In this document: in pieces, positions 36,066-49,300 of the stretch
Numbering within the stretch: position 1 is the first letter of the stretch
Layout of the letters: each line of letters starts with the position of its first letter
NCBI GenBank assembly: GCA_951406725.2
Contig: OX597821.1
Location: 47,306,001-47,370,000, forward strand
Reading direction: 5' to 3'
Origin: Octopus vulgaris
Lineage: Eukaryota
Length of the DNA: 64,000 nt
Program-made: the position numbers and the translations under genes
Notes under the pieces: generated by a model
The model's database searches: none
What the model saw: only the letters and a program-made list of their open reading frames with translations
What the model was told of the DNA's origin: nothing

Positions 36066-39000
36066 TACTGATACCTATCACTAATTTGATTGGTTCTTCT
36101 ATTGCTGATGCTATCTATCTGCTACAGCTTATGATAGAAAGTGTGTGTGTGTGTGTGTGAAAGGAAACAGGATTTTAACTCAGAGAACAGTCAGAACTAA
36201 TGTTGTAAATAATACTATCTGTTGGCCTAATGGCACCACAACTGTATAAATGCATGACATTCCCTGTGTGCATGCGTGTGTGTGTGTGTGTGTGTGGAAC
36301 ATCAAGAATTGGATGGGTCATTTCTGTTTCACTAGATTGGCTAGATTGGTCAGAGGACCACATGTTGCTTGTGAGTGTAATTTTTTGCTTGGTTTCTAAG
36401 GCTGGGTATCCTTCTGATTAACAGCCACTTGACAGACAGTACTAAGTGGATTTGCCATGGAACCAGCACTAGAGAGGTTGCTATGCTTTCCATGATGAGA
36501 CTAAAGGGTTTTCATAAGCCCATACTTAGTAGAATGTACAGGTTGCATTTTATTGTAACAGCAGCAACGGAGAGTACAGTGGAGAGAGAGAGAGAGAGAG
36601 ATGGGTAAATAGTGAGTGAACAATGGATGTTGATATAGCTAGTGGGACATATAATTGGAGCATATGAGGTACATGCAGGTCTGGTGAGATCTCTTAAATG
36701 TATAGTAAAAATGGTGAGAATTAGGGTGATAAGTGGGAGTGAGGGAGCTGTAGGGTGTTGAGGAGAGAGTCAGACAAGTCCTGTGGTATTCTTTGCAATG
36801 TGTGGTAAGCCAAAGAGAACCACTGCTATCCTTAGTGACACTGGTAGTGCAAAACAGTGGGAGTGAGAAGAGGAGAGAGTGAGTGAGAGACCAGCTTTAG
36901 GTGCATGAAAGCTAGAGTGATAAAAGGAAGGATTGTATATATATATATGTAGTTATGAATGTGCATGCGTGTGTGTAGACAGACAGGTATGTATTTGTAC
37001 ACACACACTTGTATGTATATATTTTTCTAAATTGTCACAGTGATAATTCATTTAATCAACACCTACTGCTCACTTTCAGTATTTACTTAAAATATGCTCT
37101 GTTTAGCCCAAGGACAGCCTTAATTGAGCAGACTTACTATCAAAAGCATTCCAGACATGACCTCAGAATCTGGGTCAGCATTAAATAATATGTCTTCTTT
37201 TTTAATCCTTTGAACTTGTGAATATGCTTTAGCAGGTGTGACATTGTTTGATTATGTCCCGAGCAGACAGAAAAGCAGTTAGTTGCATGTTTTTGTTTTT
37301 TATGGCTTAACTAATTGGTAGACACAGAATTATTTTCAGCTGTAAACATAAAACCATATGACCACTTGCTTTTGTGCCTCTCAGGGACATACTGAAATGA
37401 AATTACACCTGTTGAAGCATACCCAGGGGTTCAAATAGTTAGATATGGTATGTGGAAAATTTGGATGTTATTTCTAGAGATCAAGAAGTGACAAAAAAGA
37501 GGCTCCTTTGTGCAAGGCCACTGTAAGAATCATACAAGTATTTTTTGGAACATTTTCCTATAAAGACATCAATTTCATAACTGAATATACAAAAGAAGTA
37601 AATGTAATGTGTGGAAGTGATTCAGAAGTATTCATCAGTTCCTTCATAATGAGAAGGAAATATTCAGTAGCTGAGAGATCTCAAATGAGACACAAGCACT
37701 GAATCCCAGAGTACTAAGTTGGTTCGCTATCATAGTATAAAAACAGTGGGTAAGTCTGCCATATCTTTCATTTATCTAAGATCTGGTGTTGATAAAATAA
37801 CGTGCTAGTTAAGTAGTGATGTCAATTCAATTGACTAACTACAGCCACTGCTAAATTTGTGTTAGTATTAAAAATAAATTACATAACTAATGTAATGACT
37901 ATGATGATAACCATGACATCAAATGATGATAAGAACAAAAGTGATTACAACAATGGCCATAAGTATGTGAACAGCAGTTGTTTACAGCAAGTGACCTCAA
38001 CTTTTGTGTCCAAACATATCTATGGCCCAAAACTGACCAATCACATGTCTGCCAGCAGCCAGTAAGGTACTTCACTCTGTTCTAGGGACCATACAGTATA
38101 CTGTATCAAGTAATGTATGGAAATATAGGAGATGGGACACAGGATGGTATTAAAAGAATTGATCTTTGAGTAATGCATGTTTTTTGTATAAGGCACTGAT
38201 AGCAGCTGCACTGGAGATAGGATACGCTGGGGGACAATATGAACAATAACAATCAAGAAATACGTTGAATGTACTGCAACATATTAGGGGATGTAATAAA
38301 TGAAATTAAAGAGGATAAGATAGATGATTCACAATAGAGAAAGCCGTTAGACATTTGTTATGTTCAGCATTAATTTGTATCATAGACAGACTGGGGAATA
38401 GTGAATGGAAAGATAGAGAAAGACAGAATGAGACTTTAATGAACATTTCATATATGTCTCAAGAGTTCATTGATTTAAAGACTTAACAGGAATATGTAAC
38501 AATTACTTATAGGAAGAGAATGTAACAGTAAAAGTTAGAGAGAAATACTGTTAATATCCACTTATGATGGAAGATGGTGACAGTGGTGGCCGAGGAGAGT
38601 GGTTTGAAAATTATTAGAACAATTGTTTATAATGGTTAATGTCCCTCACACAATTAGTAACTCTAAGTGAAATTTAGTGCAATAGATTTTCACCAGTTTA
38701 ATAGAATGAATTGGAAAAACTTCAGTCTGTTAATTATTTCAATGCAACTGGCCAATAAAAACCCACTCAGAGTATTTTAAATTTAAACACACCAAGCAGG
38801 GGTGATAACTCAAACACGGATGATTGAAATTTTTGGAAGATAAAGACAAGAGGTGATGGGAAATGAATCTCATACTTAAAGGCAGCTAGTTTAAGAAACA
38901 AAAATTCAATAAGGTGATCAGATCTTTTGATGGAGTTTTAATCTGTAAATTGCATGGATAATCTCAGTGCAACCACACTCTACAGAACATTCTATCAGGT

Positions 39001-39489
39001 ACTCTCAGCCTATCATATTAAATATGAAACCCATTTGTCAGACAGGCTGACTTATGTACATTAACAGTAGTACAAGACATTATTTTATACACTACATAGT
39101 CTCTACAGCCGTTGTATTGTGTTTTAGTACTTCTGAAAGGACTGTTTCAGAGAATATATTCCACAGAAACAAGTTCTTTGATGTCAACCCTTTCAAATAA
39201 ATAACAATTTGCAGTTTACCTAACTAAGTTTAAAGACTGCATCCTCTAAGGTAATTTGAAACAATGGTAATTGGCAAAACTACAGCAATTTGTTTGCTGG
39301 ATTGACAGAATTGGAGAACTAATTGATTTCTTATGATATTTAGTTGTGTCTTTTAGTGTTCTGAGTTCAAAAGCAGCAGGAGGTTGAGTAATTCAGATAT
39401 CAAAGGACCTTTCATTAACTAGTTATGCATGCTATACATTTGATAAAAACATTTAACTATGAGAGATGTACTATCTCAGAGATACTACT

Positions 39490-42400
39490 CTCTACAATGC
39501 AAGGTACTACTGTCTAAAGAAAGAAACAGCACAAGCAACTTAACAGGACCTTCTGTCCAGTGTTGTGGGACACTGGACGGTATCATCATGCCACTCCAGG
39601 AGCCGTGTTGTAAGCCGATGAACCTGTCCTTGTTAACGTTTGCCCCTGCCACCACCTCGTATCCTTTGATTGCATCTTCTACACAAGGTAGCTGAGCTAC
39701 ATTGGACACAGTGATGGTGACGTCGTCAGCATATGCAGAAACAGACTTACCACATCCGGTTTCATTGGGGATGCCCTCCAAACTCTCCAACCTCTGCAGC
39801 AATGGCTCAAGAATCAGTACATACAGAAGCAGAGACCAAGCGCTTGATCTCAAACTGCTCTGACAAATATCCTATCTAAATAAGATCTGTGTGAACTGTC
39901 GTTATTAATCCACATCCACTGTGGAATGAGCGGCTCATCCAGTCTACAATGGTCTACTAGGTTATAGCTTCCTAGTATTTCTCCTTCTATTGGTTGAGCC
40001 AACACTATACACCCATGCGTCAAGAACAGTGTTAAAGTCTCCAACTAAAACTAGAGTTTTTTGACATTACCAAAAAACTGTTTATTTGGACTGTGGGTTT
40101 GATGCCCCACCTTTACCGGGTACTTTTACCCACCCTGTCTAAGGTGTAACATAAGAGATGAAGATTGTCTTGGATTGACCTACCTGGAATGGCACATGTC
40201 TGAACCCTCCCTACAAGTTTCTCCATAACATGTGTCAACCTTTTTACTAACACCTTGGCGAAGATCTTTAACTCTACATTGAATAGAGTTATGGGCCTAA
40301 AGGTACTAATACGAGCTCCCTTGCTCGGGTCTTTTCTGATCAGCGTCACCACTCTCTGACTCACAGAACTAGGAATCCTCCCATTCGGCTGCCAGTTTGT
40401 GTAGACGCAGGCCAGCAAGTGTCTGAACAAATCTGGTATGCTACGATAAAATTCATAGTGGAGACCATCCAACCCCGGCGACTTGTCCCCAGCACATTCA
40501 GCCAGCACCTCCTTGACTTCCACAGCTGTAATCGACCCTTCACAACAGTCTGTCTCCCGTGCCAAGAGTTGTGGCCTGCCGGGAAGGAAGTCCTTTAGGG
40601 ACTCCCCATGGTCCAGCAACCTGCTCCCCCCAAACAATCGGGCGAAATGTTGGTGAAAAGCCTTTTGCTCATCAATCAAAAACTTTATAGAGGCTTTTCT
40701 GCCTCTCCTGCTCTCCACATGACGTGCCCATTCGGCAACATTAATACCTTCTCTACTCATTGCATGTAACCTAGCCCTGACTCTACATCCTTCGTGTTTG
40801 GCTTTGAAATGACAGAAGGAAACCACTCTCACTGCCATCATTCTGGATGAAGAGCCAGATTCCATAGCCTCTTCTAATTCCTTAATTAGATACCCTTCTA
40901 TTCTTGACTTCTCTAAACTTAGCTTGTTACTAAACCTAAGAGACTCAGAACGAATGGCTCGCTTGAGGGTGCACCACCATCTATTATTAATGATGGTGCC
41001 ACATAATGCCATCTGCACTAACTCCTTAACCTGGATACGGAAGACTTTACAAGTCAAAACAGACTTGTTCATCTTCCTGTACCCTGGTCCCTGTCTATGA
41101 CACTTAACACATCACAAATTTGTGAGCCATGTAAAGGACACAACAAAAGCGTGGACAACTAAATGTTTTCCTATCTCTTTCTCTAACAAATATCCTATCT
41201 AAATAAGATCTGTGTGAACTGTCGTTATTAATCCACATCCACTGTGGAATGAGTGGCTCATCCAGTCTACAATGGTCTACTAGGTTATAGCTTCCTAGTA
41301 TTTCCCCTTCTATTGGTTGAGCCAACACTATACACCCATGCGCCAAGAACAGTGTTAAAGTCTCCAACTAAAACTAGAGTTTTTGACGTCACCAAAAAGC
41401 TCTCCAGGTCTTGAAAAAACCAGCTTGTCTACACTCTTTAGGAGCATAGACCACTATCAACCTGAAGGACTGCTTACTTGCATGTGTCACATCTAGGATG
41501 ACTAGCCTAACTTCTGGGTCCAGAAGGACTGTACTTTCCTGTACATCCAAGCTTTTCCTGAACAACACCACCATGCCCTCGCCTCCCAATCGACTAGGAG
41601 AAATGAATTTCTCATAGCCATTTAGAAGAGTTGAGAACGCCTGTAGCCCATTCAACTTGGACTCAGTCACCACACATACATCTATTTCTAGTGACCTGAG
41701 GTCATCGAGGAGACAAGTTTGCTTCCATCTCGACCCCAGGCTACAAACATTTATACACCCTAACTTAATCTCCATGGTGAAAATAAAGAAACTTACATTT
41801 CAAGTTTGGGGAGGGGCTGCACGAATTCACCAACCTCCCACTCTGTTCCTTTCTGAGGTGTAGCTACTGGTGTAGCTGCTGGGCTAAGCCCAAGTCTTTT
41901 GTTGGCCATCTCTTGGCTAACATCTTGTATGTACTGCAGGTATCTCACTTTAGATTGTTCAAATAGGTCTGCTTCTTTCCTTGATGGCCGGCCGTATATT
42001 TGGAGGCATATTTTGTATTGGCTGAAGAATATATGATTTATGATGCACAGTTAATACTCTCGCTAGAAACTCATTTTTCTCATTGTACTTCACAATCCTT
42101 TCTCCAAGTGCTTTTTTTTTTAGGGGTGGGGGTTGGTGTTGGGTTTCGACTTGGGGATGGACTGGGGAGTTTTTCTGTGAGCTTGCATTTTGTGTAGATG
42201 TTTTCTTTGTCAGGAAAGGGGAGTCTGGGACACGGGCTTTCTTTCTTTTATGTGAAGTTACTGTCTAAATTCCATTTCCTCTTCGGCTTCCTTCTGTTGT
42301 GCTTTTTCTACGTTTTGTTTGTTCCTTTCTCCTGCTTTTCCTGTGACGCTTTCAAACACTTTCTTGTTCCTTTCTTTTTGGGGAGGGACTTCAGTCTTTT

Positions 42401-43500
42401 TTTGTTGTTTTTTATTTTTTCGCAATCCAACCGGACGTGCCCTTTTTCTCCACATTTAAAACATTGGGTCTACGTCCTTCGTCTAATACTCTTGCATTCA
42501 GTCCCTCCCCTATAAAAATGCGGTCTGGCCTCGATTCAAGCACGTCATTTGAGGCTTGAACCACCATCTCAAGTGTTTGGCTTTTCCAGTTTAGAGTGTC
42601 TTTCTTTTTCATCTGGAGTATTGTTATCTCCTCCTCTGCATCGTAAATTACAGCCGCCACCATCTACGTTATGTCGTAACCAGCTGGTATAGCCTCTATA
42701 GTTATTTTTGCAGTTCTCCGGCCTAGGTAGGTTGGGAGCAAAATTACTTCTTCATTTTTAATGTTTGGGTGGTTACTTCCTTTGCTGTTTTAGCGTTCTC
42801 AAATTGTGCCTCAACAGTGGCGCTTCTTGCTCCTTGACTGACATAGGTGATTTTTCCCCCAAATGGGGGTGAGGCACTTTTCTACCACCTCGTTCTTCAC
42901 CGACATAATTCTTTTCTCTTTCCAGTTATATATCTTATAGACTATCATTCTGGCAGTTAAGTTTTGTAACATATTCTGTGGTGGCAACAGTTTTGTTTCA
43001 TTGCCACTTTTTAAAATAAGGTTTCTAAACTTAAATAGTTGTTCCTTGGACACCTCCAATTCACAAAAGTTACCACCAACAGCAGTAGAGAAACTGGGTT
43101 TTTTCTTTTCTTCCTGATTAGAAACTTGGTTATTTCCTTTCATTGCTGGGAAGTCCTCGTTTGAGTACAGAAAGTCAATATTTGAAAATAGGTTTAATTC
43201 CATTTTTACAAATGGCCTCTGTATTCCAGAAAGAAGCGTAGATATTTTTTGTCAAAATGACAGAATTTTTTTTTTTTTTTAACCTTGCAACGGGTACAAA
43301 ACAGTCCAACAAGTTGTGCAAAAACAATTTTCCGCCCCATAGGGCGAACATTTTTGTCAATGATGACAACCGTTCAATTTCAACAGGAGCTCAAATGTAA
43401 CAATTTCAACAAATAATCAACAACAAAAAAACATTAACCAAATAAACTCACAAAGCAACAGCAGCTGAACGCAGAAGAGTGACAACCACCGGTTGGCGAT
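39490..43500 (-). mobile_element. Tx1/L1-clade LINE, decayed and 3'-truncated: ORF1 with CCHC knuckle; ORF2 with APE endonuclease and RT
   Basis: ORF1 pieces from 43203 include CFKCGEKGHVRLDC (~42421-42466). ORF2 from 41775 has INVCSL..VTESKL..VYAP, LVGDFN, YLDRIFV, KSPGLDGL..EFY, FRPITLFNVELKIFAKVL, GRSIQDNLHL and SAYADDVTI. Frameshifts throughout. Confidence 0.92.
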
Positions 43501-43663
43501 GGGAAGTGGTTCTCAATGCAAATATATATATACTTTTTCCAGCGACGAAAAGTCACTGATCTCAAAAAAGTGGAAACAAGTAATAATAAGTCTCTGAGCA
43601 AGGTATAAACAATAGCTGCACAACATCGTAAAGTATATTTTCCACCTAAATGGGGCTAACCCT

Positions 43664-43861
43664 TAAGGGTTGATGCTACTGTGGCTTGTAGCTCCAGGAA
43701 GACATCTCCTCCAGCTGGCTATTGACACACTATCTGTGCCCTATCAGTATTTGCAAAGATGACGTCCCTTTGTAAATACTGACAGGGCACAGAAAGTGTG
43801 TTATAATAGCCAGCTGGAGAAGTCTTCCTGGGGCTACAAGCTACAGTAGCATCAACCCTTA
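43664..43861. mobile_element. Hairpin MITE-like element (~198 bp)
   Basis: TAAGGGTTGATGCTACTGTGGCTTGTAGCTCCAGGAAGAC mirrors GTCTTCCTGGGGCTACAAGCTACAGTAGCATCAACCCTTA; ~9-nt loop; TA at both ends. Confidence 0.85.
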
Positions 43862-46193
43862 TATATATATATGATTTTTACGATAGCTAAATGAAAAGAT
43901 TTGCTAAATTTTATCACGTCTAACACACACCCACACACAGTAGAGGTAACTGGCACATACATATACATTCACTCATCACTAGACACACACTAATATATAA
44001 AAAATATAATCAGATCAGAATAATAATAATCAAGCTGCTCAGTTCCTGGCTATTTTACACACAAGACTGACACAGGTTGAGATAGATAGATAGATAGATA
44101 GAAAGAGAGAGAGAGAGAGAGAGAGTGTGTTATTTCTCACTGCTACTATTACTAATCTCTCTAAAATAAACCGGTGTGCTGCTTTGCCACCAGTGACATT
44201 TAACATAAGTATTTATATATTAGATTCACCACCAACTTCTTGTGAGAAAGGAGAGATTATAACAGTTGTTATGTAGTCCAAGGAAGACATTTTAGGCATG
44301 CCAATCCTGTCTTCTATATCCTACTAGGTACACAATCAACCCAAAACCACCGGTGTTTCTTTCCTAAGATGGTAGGATATGATCTGAAGGAAATTTAGCT
44401 ATCTCTAGTGAGCCAAGTAACCACACAAAGGCCTCATTGACTGATAATAATGTAGTGACAGTTGCAGTAGTTGGGTGGTTGAAGTGGTTGTAGTGATGAT
44501 GTTTATGGTAGGGGGAGTGGTAGGGGGAGTGGGAAGTATCAGCAGTGGTGGAGGAGGTGGTGGTGGTTGTAGAATAGTAGTAACAGCAGCAGTAGATGTG
44601 GTATTCCCAGAAACAGCAGAAACAGTATCAAAGTGTTAGTTGTTTAGTTCAGTTTAAGTCATGAAGTGTAAGGCCAGGCTGGAGCACATATTGGGAATAA
44701 AATTAATGAAAATGGGTTCACCATCTAGAAAGTATTTGGTATTTTCACTTGAGGAAAAATTAAAATTGCAAATGCTTAGCCCAAAGTCATTCCTAATTCA
44801 ACACACTTATGATGTTTTGTTTTATCCTAAAAATGTCTTTGCTTTGTGACTAAAGGCAATTTTGAAGTGATTTGAACCTGAAATGGTATGATAGCAAACT
44901 AGAGACTATAAAACATCCTGTATGGCAATTAGTCTGTTGGATACTGATATAGCAAACTCTCTATAATGTAGGGCCATAGAACTATAAGCCTTACTGGTCT
45001 ATCTTGAAACCTATCTTTATTGTCAATCCCACACACTTTACTTTCTAGCACTTTTAAGTTGGTGTCTACACTTATATACCATTCACTTCACCATTCATTT
45101 CTTCATACTCTTCTTTTCTTTCATCCCTCTGTGATACCATCCATCTTTTCATTCTTTCAATTCTTTCATTGCACTTCCCCACTGCTCCCCCATCCTTTGC
45201 TCTATTTTCTCTCACTATCTCCTCTCCACAGCTTCACCACCTTCTCAATACTCCCTATAATTTCTCCCCATCTAGAATACTCCATGGTCTTCACACCTTT
45301 CTTTTAATCTTTCTCTCACGACTCTCACCACCCTTATCTCACCCTCTCATGTTACCTTTCACCTATGATTGCCATTACAGAGTGGAATAGCCCTGGACCC
45401 TTCAACACAACCCACCTTATCTTACCACTTTCTCCCTTCTTTTTTCACCATCCCTTCCTCCTTTCTCTTGCTCCTTCCATACTCCCTTAATAGTGTCTAC
45501 TTTATTACTCTTTCCACTAATGCTTTCTCACAACAATAATTCTGTTCCACTTTGCAAACATTACCCTCTCAAGAACTATTACATCCCCTCCCTTCTCCTT
45601 TTAGTCTTGCAAGCTCCAAGTAACCCCACTAGGGTTGGTACCATAACAGTGTCTAGTACTCTGTATAAAGTGGTTAGCATTAGAGAGGAAATCCAAGCAT
45701 GAAAACTACCCTAAAGCAGACATTGGAGCACAATATAATCTTCTGACCCTTCAGATCCTGTTAGACCATCTAACCCATGACAGCAATGAAGATGTCCATT
45801 TAATTATTATTATCATCCTCATCATTGCTTAATCAGAAGAGAAACAACAATGCCCATGACACTATGCAGGATCTGAAATTGATAGAGACCAGAAAATATG
45901 TTTAAATACATGTAATAAAGGGGGCATGAGTAAAGGCACCTAAGGGCTACATGATGGTGTTAAACTCTAGCTCAAAGTTTCTCTTCTCCACATTCTAATT
46001 TTGCCTTCTACACCAAAATTATTTGACTTCCATCCAACCCTCTCTCTCTCTCTCACATCAAACTCAATAGCTTCAATGACCATTAATTCTACTGGTCCTC
46101 ACAGTCCTCTTCTCACACTGTCCCTCCTTGTTACTATCTTCACCTGTGTGCAGCATACAACTGCAAACTCAGTTTTTTACTGTTTAGTCAAAA

Positions 46194-46398
46194 AGCTCAT
46201 GTTGGTCAGCCACATGTCACATGGCCACAGCAGATGAGGAAGTATTTCCAGAGATGGGGACTGGCAGGGACACTGTTCAGAGAATTGCCTGGAATGACCC
46301 AAGCAAATACCAACAATCATTAAAACATCAGAAGTTATACTCTGAGTTCAAATCCCATCTGCTGTGGCCATGTGACATGTGGCTGACCAACATGAGCT
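46194..46398. repeat. Perfect 43-bp inverted repeat with 119-bp spacer
   Basis: AGCTCATGTTGGTCAGCCACATGTCACATGGCCACAGCAGATG (46194-46236) is the exact reverse complement of 46356-46398. Confidence 0.9.
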
Positions 46399-49300
46399 GT
46401 CAGCTGCATGAAGAAAACACAATACACAGGATCCAACATGGCCAAACAGTCTGAGCTGACGCTCCCAAATCATACAAATAACAGGATGCATCTTAGGTAG
46501 GGGGATTAGTCAACTTATACTGATACCAGTGCTTGAGTGACACTTTATTTTATAAACCCCAGAAGGATGAAAGATAAAATTAGATTTGGTGGGATTTGAA
46601 CTCAGAATATAACAATATAATTTCTGATGTTTTAATGATTTTGCCAAATCCACCACCCAAATGATGATGATGATGGAGGTGGTGGTGATGATGATAATGG
46701 TGGTGGTGATGATGACAACAATGATTTGGGCACAAGGTAAGCAATTTTGAACAGAGTTAGCTAATAACATTAACCCCAGTACTTGACTGGTACTTCTTTT
46801 TTTTTTTTTTTCTTTGACACCAAAGTGGAATTTGAAGTCAGAACATTAAGAGCTAGAGGAAATACCACAAAATATTTTGTCTGATACTCTAACAATTCTG
46901 TCAGTGCATCACCCTAATAACAACTACAACTATAATAACTATAAATCTACTACTACCATTACTACTGCTACTAGTAATTACTATACAACTACAAGTATTA
47001 CTACAGTCAACAAAATAAACAACAAAACTTATAAGAGATGCAGAAATAAGAATTATCTTCAGGAAGTAATAAGCAAAAGAGAACAAAATGTAAGGGGATT
47101 GGAAGTCGTGAAGTATTTATAGTTAATTATAGTTAATTACTAGAAGTAGTAGAGATAATTTAGCAATGGTCCTAGTTGACGCCAGACTTTTGAAAGTCAA
47201 ATATGTTAATATGCCAGGCAAAGAAATAACTAAAGTTCATTGCAAGGCCCTTCAATTCTTTGATGAAGGACCATCTTGTGATGAAAAGTAATACTCTGAC
47301 CTATGGTTCTCTCCTTGTAAAAGAAACCTAAGCAACTGTGACAAAAAGGAATTCAAGTATTTGTTCACACACCTACAGGCCTCACGTTAGGTTTTCTTTT
47401 CACTCTAAAACATTTCTCAGAAATAAGAATTTATCCTTTTAAGGAACCAATCTCAAAACAAATGAAAACCTAATAGTTCTTCACCTCAACCTCAGTCTGA
47501 AGTATATCTTCTAATATTTCTTGCTTTATTCCTTCAGTTGGGACATTTGGTGTCACAAAACATATTTATAAACATGAATTAGTTAGGCTACTGTAAATAA
47601 TTTTCACATTATTAAATAAATTTATCATAAACTAGAGCAAAGCCATTTGTTAAGAAATAAGTTGGAATACTGAAGACAAAGACATTGGGAGGGAAGGTAC
47701 AGTTTATTTTCAGTTGGTTCCATTACTTGTACTTTTCTGACTTCAAAAAGATAAAAGGCAAAGTTAACCCTGGTCAGATTTGAACTCAGAATGTAACAAC
47801 ATGTAATTAAATATTATTACAAATTTTGGTACAAAGCGATTTCAGGGAGGGGATAAGTCGATTACATCAACCCCAGTATGTCGGCTTCAGCAGAATTTGA
47901 ACTCAGAATGTGAAAACAGACGAAATGCTGTTATGCATTTTACCCAGCATGCTAACAATTCTGCAGGTTACCACTTAAGAAAATATAACTAAATATTCCA
48001 AGGTATTTTGTCCAATGCCCTACCAACCCTACAAGGTTGAAATTAATTAGTACATCCTAATTTAATCAGAACATTGTAAAGAATTATAATATATTGGATC
48101 AGAAGGCAATAACACAGAGTAGTAGAGTGCATGGACATCATTAAGAGATGCATGTACTGGGTTTTAGTGTTTTGTTGGTCAACTGTGTTGCTTGAACTGA
48201 AGCAAATATAATAATTGATCAGGGAAATTACATAAGTGGTGAGACAAGCTGTTAGTGGTTAACCTGCTTATAGAACATGTCATTTGTTTCCTTAATTACA
48301 CAGCTTTGCAGCACATTCGCAACATCTAATAACAACTATGAACTGCAAACAGATTGCAATATATTCAGTAGCGATAACAGTGACTTTGTTGTTGTTCTGC
48401 CAATAAAAGGTGGGGTAATCTTGATAAAAGTTGTTGTTGCTGTTTTGGTGTTTTGACAAGCAACCACTTATTGTAATTGCTCTAATAGAAACTATTGCAG
48501 TGGTTGCTTCAACAGAGGTTGTTGTGGTTGTCTCTACAGTTATCTTTTGATATTGGGTATATTCACTTCAGATGACATATGATCAAATAATATCTTTAAA
48601 CTGATATTTTGTGGCTGTGATCATTTCAACATTCCTGGTGGATATGAAGTGAAGATTTAGAATTTCAGAATTTCCTAAAAACAGACATGCTTGAAACAGT
48701 GATTAACTACACAGAATTAACCCAACAACTTTGTTTAGAACAAGTACTCCCTATTCATGCCTCTTGGCAATTCCTGGCCATGTGTATTATGACCTCCATT
48801 CTTAGGGGCTATGTCCTGGCAACTGCCACTATTTATTTCTTCCTTCCTTCCTTACTCTGCCATCCCATCTTTGCTCTGCTCTCCATTCCTTGTGAGTATA
48901 TCCCGACACTTTACCACCATCTCTTTCCTGCTTTCTCTTTCACTCTTGCTGTCTGTCTCTCACACACACACTCTCTCTCTTTTCCTTTGCTCTTACCTCT
49001 GGCTGGGTAACCAGGAATCTCCACTACAGCAGCACACCTGTTTCTGCCTTCATTCTTGATCACTCTCTCTCCCCCCTCTTGCTCTTACTTTTGGTTAGGT
49101 AACCATGTATCTCCTTTACATCAGCACACTTGTTCCTGCCTTCTTCATGGTTAACTCTCTCCCTCTCTCTACAGCAAGACACCTGTTTTAGTCTCTCAAT
49201 CATACTCTAACCATTCATTAAATGATGCAAGATTACCTCCTCCAATGCTCCCTCCCCTCTCAAAGATTCCTTGTCTTGCAAAGTTACTTGGTGACCTTGC

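Noticed and set aside
44400-44640. Minus-strand Pro/Thr-rich frame (mucin-like)
   Set aside because: Degenerate GTG/GTA trinucleotide tract with a stop just upstream and no splice acceptor.
47386-47404. 19-nt AG..GT micro-exon candidate; similar ones at ~23596, ~49606 and ~52762
   Set aside because: Stop codons in the required phase or no supporting homology; such sites are expected by chance in 43 kb.
48290-48545. Minus-strand Thr-rich frame TVETTTTTSVEATTAIV resembling the vertebrate PLXDC2 stalk
   Set aside because: In-frame stops immediately upstream, no polypyrimidine acceptor at the open part, and the similarity is low-complexity (ACA)n.
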